Assembly (NCBI GenBank): GCA_902803135.1
Contig: CADCPA010000011.1
Location: 1-51,338 of the forward strand
Length of the DNA stretch: 51,338 nt
From: an uncultured bacterium
Lineage (GTDB): Bacteria; Verrucomicrobiota; Kiritimatiellia; RFP12; UBA1067
Direction of reading: 5' to 3'
The number at the start of each line of letters is the position of its first letter. The stretch's first letter is position 1. This document shows, piece after piece, positions 44,801 to 51,097 of the stretch. A model generated the notes under the pieces. That model saw nothing but the letters and a program-made list of their open reading frames with translations. It made no database searches and had not been told where the DNA came from. The translations under genes were made by a program, and so were the position numbers.

Positions 44801-46707
44801 CAGTCCGGATCGTGGTTCGTATTGCGCACATCGACGCGGTTCGTGCCGGCGATCGTGCCGGAGCCCTCGACGACGATCTGGCCGAGAATGCCCGACGTGG
44901 AATCACGCGGGCCGCTCAGAATCGTGCCGCCGTCCTTGAGCGTGATGAGCTTGCGGTGCGAGATGCGGTTGCGCACGTCCGTCGTCGTCTCGGAAATGTA
45001 GTTGAGGTCGAGCACGCCCGTGCCGCCGACCGTCAGCGTGCCGTTCGTCGTGCCGAGCGCGTAGCCGCCCGCGTTGTCGCCGATCTTGAGCGTGCCGCCG
45101 TTGACCGTGACGTCCTGTCCGCCGAGGTTCGGACCGTCCAGCGTCACCGTGCCCGTCATGTCGATCGTAATCGGCGCCTTGCCGTCCAACGCGCCCGAGC
45201 CCGTGAACACATAGTCGCGCGCCCCCGTAATGGAGAGCGGCCCCGGACGATACAACTCGTCGATCACGATGTCGCCCGCGACCGTCTCGTTGCCGTCGAG
45301 GCGCGTTTCAAGACCGGCGATGAAGCCGCTCGCCGAACCGTCGTCCAGCAGCCAGTTGAGGCTCGTCGTGTTCCACTGAAGGTCGGCCGCGTCCGTCGGA
45401 CGCCACGTGAGCGCGCTCTCAAGCGACGACCCGGCGGCCGTCATCATCAGTGTGCCGTCCGTCAGCGTCAGCGAGGCGGAACCGCCGGCCGGCGGCAGGG
45501 CCGTCGTCGCGAACGACGCCAGGGAGGTCATCCCTGCGACCAGGCTGTAGGTGCCCGGATCGTTTGCGCGCGCATCCGCCACGAGCGGGATGTCCGAACC
45601 CGATGCAGTCACGCCGCCCCGCACCGTGAGAAGCGTCTGCCCCGCCACCGGCACCAGCGTCAGCGATCCGCCGTCGGCAAACGAGAGCGTCGCGTCCATC
45701 ACCGCCGGGGCCGCCACCTTGAGCGCGCCCGCGACCGTGATCGGATAGGAAACGGCAGCCGGCAGCAGCGCCGGACCCGTCCCCGTCAGCGTCACCGAAC
45801 CGCCCGTCGTGATCGCCGGCAGCGTGGCCTCGGCCGTCGACTCGACGGTGAGCGCCGCGCCTTCGCCGCATGTGATCGGATAGGTTGGATTCGCCGCGAA
45901 AATCACCTTGTTCGCACCGGCGGACGACAGGTTGATTCCACCCGTGAAGGTCGGGTTCGGCCCCACCACGACCGCCGCGGTCGTGCACGTGCCGGCCGTA
46001 TTGCCCTCTTCCGCCGTCGCCGGAATCTGATTGAGCACCGCCCCGCCGCGCAGACCGCCGGCGAAGACGACCGTGGCGCCCTCATGCGAAGCGAGATTGA
46101 TCGTCTGCCCGCTGTTGCGCAGTTTCACGAACGGCTCGATCGTACTCGTGCCCTGGATGGTCATGCGGCCGCCGTCCGCGAAGAAGTCGAAACCGCCTTC
46201 GCCATCGCCCACGCCCAGCACCTGCGCCCCGTCATAGAGGTAGAGGCGGTTGTTCGCGCCGAAGCTCTGGCGGTAGGCGCCGCAGTTGAACGTGCCCCAG
46301 ATGTGCAGCGTGTCGCTGCCACCATAGTTGAGCGCGTCCGTGCGGTTGATGTCGACGCGCGCGCCCGAACGGATGTAGAAATCGCCCCGGATTGCCTGTG
46401 CGCCGAAGTTGAACCACGCCTCGCCGGCCGTGACGTCCAGTTTGCCGCCCGCGTCGACGGCCGTGTTGCCGGAGACCTTCAGCTTGCCGGTCGTCTTTAC
46501 GACGCCGCCATTCTGGACCGTCAGGGTGCCCGCCCATTCGGTCTCGGCATCCGCCGCAGCCTCGAGGATGACCGTTTCGCCCGAGGCGACGGTCAGTGCG
46601 CCGCCCCACCCTTCACCGCCGGCCGAATAAGTCGTATCCGCAAAGGCGGACGACGCAAGCGCCAACGCACTGCCGACAAAACAACCAATTACCATTCTCT
46701 TTTTCAT
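41827..46707 (-). CDS. Giant secreted beta-helical repeat protein with two PA14 domains
   Basis: Signal peptide MKKRMVIGCFVGSALALASSAFA. Long runs of G-T/L-T-V..GG.L beta-strand repeats resemble autotransporter-associated repeats. Two PA14-like modules: GEFYVEADKAGPWTFAGNYDDNIAFHVDG...LTAGWHAFTIAVYDGNGG and GWFKVGTDQVGEWNFKMGYDDNKLLDIDG...LDAGWHRWEVRLQDGSGG. Confidence 0.85.
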   Translation of the reverse strand: MKKRMVIGCFVGSALALASSAFADTTYSAGGEGWGGALTVASGETVILEAAADAETEWAGTLTVQNGGVVKTTGKLKVSGNTAVDAGGKLDVTAGEAWFNFGAQAIRGDFYIRSGARVDINRTDALNYGGSDTLHIWGTFNCGAYRQSFGANNRLYLYDGAQVLGVGDGEGGFDFFADGGRMTIQGTSTIEPFVKLRNSGQTINLASHEGATVVFAGGLRGGAVLNQIPATAEEGNTAGTCTTAAVVVGPNPTFTGGINLSSAGANKVIFAANPTYPITCGEGAALTVESTAEATLPAITTGGSVTLTGTGPALLPAAVSYPITVAGALKVAAPAVMDATLSFADGGSLTLVPVAGQTLLTVRGGVTASGSDIPLVADARANDPGTYSLVAGMTSLASFATTALPPAGGSASLTLTDGTLMMTAAGSSLESALTWRPTDAADLQWNTTSLNWLLDDGSASGFIAGLETRLDGNETVAGDIVIDELYRPGPLSITGARDYVFTGSGALDGKAPITIDMTGTVTLDGPNLGGQDVTVNGGTLKIGDNAGGYALGTTNGTLTVGGTGVLDLNYISETTTDVRNRISHRKLITLKDGGTILSGPRDSTSGILGQIVVEGSGTIAGTNRVDVRNTNHDPDCTTTSITGDENAVLNIANSNVTGINGATINIGRIDVKSGGWMRKESQNGTEVIPHGIHVENGGYLSYWNSKTDPGVTVFVDAGTAELGGESSTSYLKGPLVIAEGATVRTRGGGTLDIDGGVQNGGVFESAAGLIRVRSRLSDDFTLKMTGGTFNVEGSGSGTTLNALDMTDGSLAFSVYGNQNEGNTMANFDTVNVKKTAGNIDVLPQLANIVSDSPAVVNVESTGGRIFVYGPTNTAEYVAKMQIRGSEAGRLSIGVDKGRAGKLFLKEGSNLEVNELMVGDNGSGPSRGCLVVEPGAKVTVTGILRNGHWSGTPPRTSEHEIVVAGELDAAALTVGNPWDAPRAKMFVQAGGVFKAAGLYTRSNFAYGNGVGAGEGKQFFKLDGGRLELGAAGLTGNCVPGVQRYDFAAGELVSTAAWGMNQGIIAFFGHDEKDREVTFDLGGSLVNWNTGLSGTSAVTLKGHANFQGARADDRMQGALLGKFTVENTGTNDLTNAGYFGGGLELADGTRARVANYGDEYWAFTVGGNNIDNTAATVWSYPYASAAAWDFIHRHFGSNPRADNTGYAMRGEFYVEADKAGPWTFAGNYDDNIAFHVDGAQVFKTTGWQNAQANTVTLTAGWHAFTIAVYDGNGGMGPGQATWKDGLSIGYLVGESTSTDSANYTKFSPEFLQMRPAPNAAIWSWENGNANWDTTEDWAHIKPVRSVEILHKHEKLPDADDWKPWCSSKVNRLQGWFKVGTDQVGEWNFKMGYDDNKLLDIDGDRVVNTTAWNVTATGKKTLDAGWHRWEVRLQDGSGGWGPSAANNGNGLSFTVPGGEEKQWNEDNVTLAATLGDIQIIEGTQLAGTTTVGAGATLTSVGTQAMPITGTLAGSGALAGDFAFKGAQSCWRVAGSGRTKALERKTSFDTTGAALFGGLKAIEVAFDQRPVCATYVLAPAGDFPATDAEKIAVTADVPVNGYANAFKATVRDGNLVLLNAKPSGLAIILQ

Positions 46708-46749
46708 TTAAGGGCCCTCCCGTGTTAAGATAGTTTACATTATAGCAGA

Positions 46750-46758
46750 ATATCCGTC
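46750..46758 (-). promoter_or_regulatory. Extended -10 promoter element TGCTATAAT for the PA14 giant gene
   Basis: Sense strand ATATTCTGCTATAAT, 43 nt upstream of the ATG at 46707, with a GGGAGGG SD in between. Confidence 0.45.
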
Positions 46759-46796
46759 GCTTGTGTCACATGAAAGAAACAAATATCACTTTTTCG

Positions 46797-46865
46797 TCAC
46801 CGCGCCGCCGCAACGGCGGAGACGAACGCCAGAACCGACAACCATGCTGCAGTCAACGTTTTCAT
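46797..46865 (-). pseudogene. Orphan signal-peptide mini-ORF (22 codons), likely 5-prime remnant of a secreted-protein gene
   Basis: ATG at 46865. My translation is MKTLTAAWLSVLAFVSAVAAAR followed by a stop. It looks like a signal peptide with nothing after it. Confidence 0.35.
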
Positions 46866-46896
46866 GCGCGCATGATCGCATTGAACCCGGGAACGA

Positions 46897-46945
46897 GTCA
46901 AGCTTCACCTTGCCGGAGAGCTTCTTGAGGAGGGTGCCGTTCTCG
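46897..46945 (-). pseudogene. Rearranged fragment homologous to two parts of the right-flank gene (51098-51338)
   Basis: 46897-46916 matches 51281-51300 at 19/20 (gtcRagcttcaccttgccgg). 46914-46944 matches 51106-51136 at about 25/31. On the minus strand it translates as ENGTLLKKLS-GKVKLDS, against ...TTGKVKLDSADK... and ...ENYALLKKLSEM-stop in the intact gene. Confidence 0.5.
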
Positions 46946-46953
46946 TGCTGCCG

Positions 46954-48087
46954 TCAATGCGCGCTCATTCGACGAGTGCGCAGCACGAATGACACCAGAT
47001 AGGGCAACAACAACACGATACCTGCGAAGGGGATTCCGGAAAACACGATTGAAACAAGGAAAATCGTCAGCTTGATGAACCGTATGATGATCTTGACCAA
47101 TACGCGACAAACGGATTTCTCATACAGGGAAATGACACTGAACACGAACAAATTCAAGGCGATGACAGTCACGAGATAGCCGATCACGGGAATTGCAGAC
47201 AAGAACACGCCAAGGGCGAATATCGCAGCCGCCCGAATGCGCACCGCCTTCAACATGCCATCCTTACCGACCGCATCCCAATGCGCCCTTCTCTTTTCCG
47301 CAATCGTCTTAAGCGGGCGAGACAGCAACCATCCAATAATGGCGAAAAGCACCATCAACAGCAATGCCATTACCGGGAATACCAGAAGGATGGGAAGTAT
47401 TGCCAGCCAAGATCCTTCTTCAAACAACGTCAGCATCGTGTTCAAATGAAGCGAGTTGTCCGGATCAAGCTCGTGCACCGCGGAAACGACATAAGACCGG
47501 ACCTTGCACAATCCGAAAGTTGCGCCGCCGCAGAACAAAGCCGATAAAATCGCCTTGAACGACAAGCCCGCCGACGAGGGTTCCGCCCCCGATGCGCCCT
47601 GTGCGGCGGCAACAACCACATTCGAGACGGTGTTGGCATCCACGCGAGCCACCACTGACGACACCGCCGACGTGATGGCATTGGCCGTTGCAGGATCATA
47701 AGCCATTGGCACGACGTCAGGGACGCCATTGACGACAGCCGAAAGAACCTGCGCCTGTTCGGGAGAGCAAATCGCGTAGCTCACAAGAATGGCAAATACC
47801 GGCTTTGCATACTTTTCAATATTCGTCTCCGATATCAATTCCTTGATCGAGTCATCCCAATTCGCCACAACTTCCAACACGCCCAACACGCCAAAGACGC
47901 AGAGCCCGAAGTTCCCCGTCAAAAAAGGCGGACAGCTCGCCGCAAGTTCGGATACCCCCTCCGGGCACCAGCTGTACGTCGGCAGGACCCGGCAAATGAG
48001 TCCAAAGAGGAATGTCGGCGCGAACATTCGCACCGAAGCGATCCCGCAGAGCGACAGCAACCCGGCGATTGAAGATATGGCATCCAT
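46954..48087 (-). CDS. Multi-pass membrane protein, DUF4126-like N-terminal region
   Basis: 377 aa. The N-terminal IAGLLSLCGIASVRMFAPTFLFGL resembles DUF4126. A Val/Ala/Ser-rich linker follows, then about five more hydrophobic helices. Low G+C. Confidence 0.65.
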   Translation of the reverse strand: MDAISSIAGLLSLCGIASVRMFAPTFLFGLICRVLPTYSWCPEGVSELAASCPPFLTGNFGLCVFGVLGVLEVVANWDDSIKELISETNIEKYAKPVFAILVSYAICSPEQAQVLSAVVNGVPDVVPMAYDPATANAITSAVSSVVARVDANTVSNVVVAAAQGASGAEPSSAGLSFKAILSALFCGGATFGLCKVRSYVVSAVHELDPDNSLHLNTMLTLFEEGSWLAILPILLVFPVMALLLMVLFAIIGWLLSRPLKTIAEKRRAHWDAVGKDGMLKAVRIRAAAIFALGVFLSAIPVIGYLVTVIALNLFVFSVISLYEKSVCRVLVKIIIRFIKLTIFLVSIVFSGIPFAGIVLLLPYLVSFVLRTRRMSAH

Positions 48088-48133
48088 TCAACTACCCTTT
48101 CTTTGCAGGCATCAACCTCAACAAGGCCATCTG

Positions 48134-48484
48134 TCAGATTCCGATGGCGTTACGGACGATCCCCCAGGCGACGATGAACGCCAAGAACGTCCAAACGAAG
48201 GCCGAACGTTGCGCATGTTGAGGGAAGATTAGGCAATATGCGAGAAGTGCCAACATAACCGGCAGCATTGCGTTGAAGCGCAGTGCCTCCGCAAAACGGC
48301 AGCGCAATGCGGCATGGAGCGCGCGTGCCGTGCCGCAACCTGGGCATTTCAACCCGGTCAGCGCAAAAAAAGGACAGCGCGGGAAAAACCACGTCTCAAT
48401 GGGATCGAACAAGAAGAGCAGCGCAACTCCGCACAGCAGAAGCAAGAACACACCCGCTGGTACCACAGGGCGACGAACTGACAT
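48134..48484 (-). CDS. DUF2752 family membrane protein
   Basis: FPRCPFFALTGLKCPGCGTARA is the DUF2752 CP..TG..CPGCG.TRA signature. Start chosen at the ATG at 48484 to avoid overlapping the upstream gene. Confidence 0.75.
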   Translation of the reverse strand: MSVRRPVVPAGVFLLLLCGVALLFLFDPIETWFFPRCPFFALTGLKCPGCGTARALHAALRCRFAEALRFNAMLPVMLALLAYCLIFPQHAQRSAFVWTFLAFIVAWGIVRNAIGI

Positions 48485-48557
48485 GGGAAGCAACTCAAAT
48501 CGTTCGGCGATCTGCGCGAGGCAAATCGCCGAAGCGATATTGGATTCTCCCTGCCGA

Positions 48558-48932
48558 TCAGTCGGCAAGCCTGTTCAGTTCGCCTTGAAGGAGGAGTTCA
48601 GCGACCCAGACGAGACCGAAGATCGTGAGGATGAGATAGATGGTTCCAAGATTTCCGCTCGGCAAGCCACGCTTGACCTTCGCCTCGTCAATTCGCGTTC
48701 CCATGTTGTACGCCCAGAAAAGGGTAAAGATGCCACAGGTCACGATTGTGAGCAGAAGCGCAACTACGCCCCCCATCGCCTCGGGATGGCCGGAGATCTT
48801 GTTTGTGTCATTGTTGAGAGTGTAGAACCAGTATAAGCCGAAGATGCCGCAGGTGACGATCGAGAGGACGAAGTAGAGCGCTGCATTACGCTTCTGGATT
48901 GTGACGCTTGGTGTTTCCATATCGTTGATCAT
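48558..48932 (-). CDS. DUF4234 family membrane protein
   Basis: Two copies of the TCGIF.L(Y/F)W motif (IVTCGIFGLYWFY and IVTCGIFTLFWAY) typical of DUF4234. ATG at 48932 with AAAGAAAGGA upstream. Confidence 0.75.
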   Translation of the reverse strand: MINDMETPSVTIQKRNAALYFVLSIVTCGIFGLYWFYTLNNDTNKISGHPEAMGGVVALLLTIVTCGIFTLFWAYNMGTRIDEAKVKRGLPSGNLGTIYLILTIFGLVWVAELLLQGELNRLAD

Positions 48933-49121
48933 CCTTTCTTTTGCTTGTTTGCTGTTGCGTTATGCGAGGAGACAAACAATGCAAACAGTATAACCTAAAA
49001 CTGCTGGTTCGTCAATGGGGCGTGCGTTTTGTGACCGAGCCGCACCACTCGCAGACATCGCTTAACTGCCAAAATGTCGCATATGGCAATCTTTTTATAA
49101 AATATTCTGTCAGGCTTAGGC

Positions 49122-49222
49122 AAAAACCTCAAATTGGCGTAAAATCGCCATCGCGAAAAATCTCAAAAAGGTGTAAAGTCGCTATTGCAAAAAACCTCAA
49201 AAAGGTGATACACTTTTCTCTG
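49122..49222 (+). repeat. Three tandem imperfect 33-34-bp direct repeats upstream of the AAA ATPase gene
   Basis: R1 at 49122-49155 is AAAAACCTCAAATTGGCGTAAAATCGCCATCGCG. R2 at 49156-49188 is AAAAATCTCAAAAAGGTGTAAAGTCGCTATTGC. R3 from 49189 is AAAAAACCTCAAAAAGGTGATACACTTTTCTC. R3 overlaps a TGATACACT -10-like element at 49206-49214. Confidence 0.75.
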
Positions 49223-49244
49223 CCATGATGAATAGGAAGGTTCT

Positions 49245-50597
49245 ATGAGAAGAAAATTCTACGACGTTCTGCTTGACTGGAAGGCAAGACACGCAGGCAA
49301 GTACGCGCTGCTGATTGACGGCGCGCGACGTGTCGGCAAAAGCTGGATTGCCGAGGAGTTCGCAAAAGCAGAATACGAACGATACCTGCTGATAGACTTC
49401 AGCCGGGTGTCAAAGAACGTTCGCGAAATATTTGATAACCAGCTCCACGATCTCGACACGTTTTTCATGATGCTCGAGGCAGAGACGGGCACACGGCTCG
49501 CCAAGGGGAGGAGCCTTGTGATATTCGACGAAGTGCAGGAGTTCCCAAGGGCGCGGGAGGCAATTAAGGCTCTAATCGCCGACGGACGCTACCACTACAT
49601 CGAAACGGGGTCTCTCATATCCATCAGGAAAAACACCACGGGGATTGTCATTCCTTCCGAGGAACTCCACAAGAAGATGTATCCCATGGATTTCGAAGAA
49701 TTCCTATGGGCGACAGGACGCGAGACAGCAATGGAGCTTGTTCGCAAGGCGTTCGCGGAAAGGAAACCTCTCGGGGAATCGCTCAACCGCCGCCTTATGG
49801 AATCGTACCGACAGTATCTCGTTGTCGGCGGCATGCCACAGGCCGTCGCGGAGTTTTCATCTTCGCACGATCTCGCCGAAGTCGACCAGACTAAGCGGGC
49901 CATACTCGACCTGTATCGCGCCGACATCTGGAAGCACGCCGGGGCTCTCGCTCCGAAGGTGGAACGCCTGTTCGACGAGATTCCAGACCAGCTTTCGCGG
50001 CACGAAAAGAAATTCCGCGTGAGCGACGTCGAGGACGATGCGCGGATGCGCGACTACGAGGATGCGTTCAAGTGGCTAGAGGGCGCAATGTTCGTGAATC
50101 TCTGCTGGAACTCAACCGACCCAAATGTCGGGCTCAAGATTAACCTAGATCGCAAGTCCATGAAATGCTACATGGCCGACACCGGGCTTCTTGTCAGCCA
50201 TGCTTTCGACGAAAACGAACTCGCCTCCGAAAGCATACACCGCCAGCTGCTGCTGGACAAGATCGAGGTCAACAAGGGCATGCTCGTCGAAAACATGGCC
50301 GCACAGATGCTCACGGCGTCAGGGCACAAACTGTATTTCCATTCTGAGTCAAGTCCGAACAGGGCAATCAACAGAATGGAGATAGATTTCCTTGTGTCAA
50401 AGACCAAGCTGACTCGGCGCCACAACATTTCGCCGATAGAGGTCAAGAGCGGCAAGAACATCACGCATGCATCGCTCGACAAGTTCGCCGCAAAGTATTC
50501 GCAGTGGTGCACCGATTCATTCCTGCTCTACGGGAAAGACCTGCGCATAGCCGACGGAATAACATACCTTCCGCATTACATGACGCCGCTGCTATAG
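49245..50597 (+). CDS. AAA+ ATPase with C-terminal DUF4143 domain
   Basis: Walker A GARRVGKS and Walker B LVIFDEVQ. The C-terminal EIDFLV...ISPIEVKSGK is typical of the AAA_14/DUF4143 family. AGGAAGG SD upstream. Confidence 0.88.
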   Translation: MRRKFYDVLLDWKARHAGKYALLIDGARRVGKSWIAEEFAKAEYERYLLIDFSRVSKNVREIFDNQLHDLDTFFMMLEAETGTRLAKGRSLVIFDEVQEFPRAREAIKALIADGRYHYIETGSLISIRKNTTGIVIPSEELHKKMYPMDFEEFLWATGRETAMELVRKAFAERKPLGESLNRRLMESYRQYLVVGGMPQAVAEFSSSHDLAEVDQTKRAILDLYRADIWKHAGALAPKVERLFDEIPDQLSRHEKKFRVSDVEDDARMRDYEDAFKWLEGAMFVNLCWNSTDPNVGLKINLDRKSMKCYMADTGLLVSHAFDENELASESIHRQLLLDKIEVNKGMLVENMAAQMLTASGHKLYFHSESSPNRAINRMEIDFLVSKTKLTRRHNISPIEVKSGKNITHASLDKFAAKYSQWCTDSFLLYGKDLRIADGITYLPHYMTPLL

Positions 50598-50702
50598 CTC
50601 CCGACAGCAGACAAAGCCGTCGCGCGGACTAACGCCGGAAAACTCGCCATCGCCACTGAGGACGTCGATTATCACGCATGTGTCGACAACCCACTTGTTC
50701 AT
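50592..50702 (-). pseudogene. vapC: Truncated PIN-domain toxin (vapC) remnant, 36 codons
   Basis: Not in the ORF track. The ATG at 50702 overlaps the upstream stop (ATGA, 50702-50699). My translation is MNKWVVDTCVIIDVLSGDGEFSGVSPRDGFVCCREL-stop. VVDTCVIIDVL matches the PIN N-terminal motif with the catalytic Asp. Full PIN toxins are about 130 aa. Confidence 0.55.
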
Positions 50703-50986
50703 TCTTCACCCTCGCGAAGTTCTTTCATTATTTCCGCAGTCGTGCGAAGAGCATTGTAGTTCTTCTTGCAGCATCCTATGAATTCTCGCGCGGACCTGTG
50801 ACGCGGCTTCTCGGCATGGACCGCATTGCCGACCTTGACGAGAATCACATGATAAATTCCGCTTTCGGGCATAGCCAGAGGGAGCAACCCGCCGTCTACC
50901 GTTACGTCTTCATACCAAATGCTTTCTGCGGCACCGACATCGGCAACCGTCCGCATCCAGTCTTTCTTTTCCATCAGCCTTGGCAT
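50699..50986 (-). CDS. Putative VapB-like antitoxin (95 aa)
   Basis: ATG at 50986 with a strong SD (AAGAGGAGAACAAC-ATG). Its stop overlaps the PIN remnant start. The C-terminal GCCKKNYNALRTTAEIMKELREGEE resembles the G.lKg....s.ee.mkelR tails of AbrB/SpoVT-type antitoxins. The assignment rests mainly on context. Confidence 0.45.
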   Translation of the reverse strand: MPRLMEKKDWMRTVADVGAAESIWYEDVTVDGGLLPLAMPESGIYHVILVKVGNAVHAEKPRHRSAREFIGCCKKNYNALRTTAEIMKELREGEE

Positions 50987-51015
50987 GTTGTTCTCCTCTT
51001 GTCGGCGATATTGTA

Positions 51016-51059
51016 CCCAAAGCGAAGGCGCGGCACAAGTGCCGCGCCTTCGCTTTGGG
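51016..51059 (-). terminator. Very strong GC-rich hairpin after the right-flank gene
   Basis: The arms CCCAAAGCGAAGGCGCGGCAC and GTGCCGCGCCTTCGCTTTGGG are perfectly complementary (about 19-21 bp). No clear U-tract follows (UACAAUAU). Confidence 0.55.
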
Positions 51060-51097
51060 GTTGTGGGCACGCGAGACGCGTGTCCCTACCAGATGGC

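Larger units (their letters stand above)
46760..51010. mobile_element. Low-G+C islet (putative horizontally acquired DNA); no integrase or transposase seen
   Basis: My own counts of 60-nt lines give 23/60 G+C at 47041-47100 and 27/60 at 49381-49440, against 48/60 at 10021-10080. The cargo is uncharacterised membrane proteins, an AAA/DUF4143 ATPase and a TA remnant. Gene fragments lie at the left edge. The boundaries are approximate. Confidence 0.5.

Noticed and set aside
48485-48568. Longer DUF2752 ORF start at 48568
   Set aside because: It would overlap the 3-prime end of the DUF4234 gene by 11 nt. It would also add a non-hydrophobic 28-aa leader. The ATG at 48484 precedes the first TM segment. 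The longer form is still possible.
49122-49222. Possible CRISPR array
   Set aside because: There are only three contiguous imperfect AT-rich repeats with no spacers. No cas genes are in the window.
50987-51070. Longer version of the antitoxin-like ORF (start at 51070) and plus-strand ORF 50919-51131
   Set aside because: The extension runs through the GC-rich terminator hairpin of the neighbouring gene. A strong SD precedes the internal ATG at 50986. The plus-strand ORF is antisense with no motifs.
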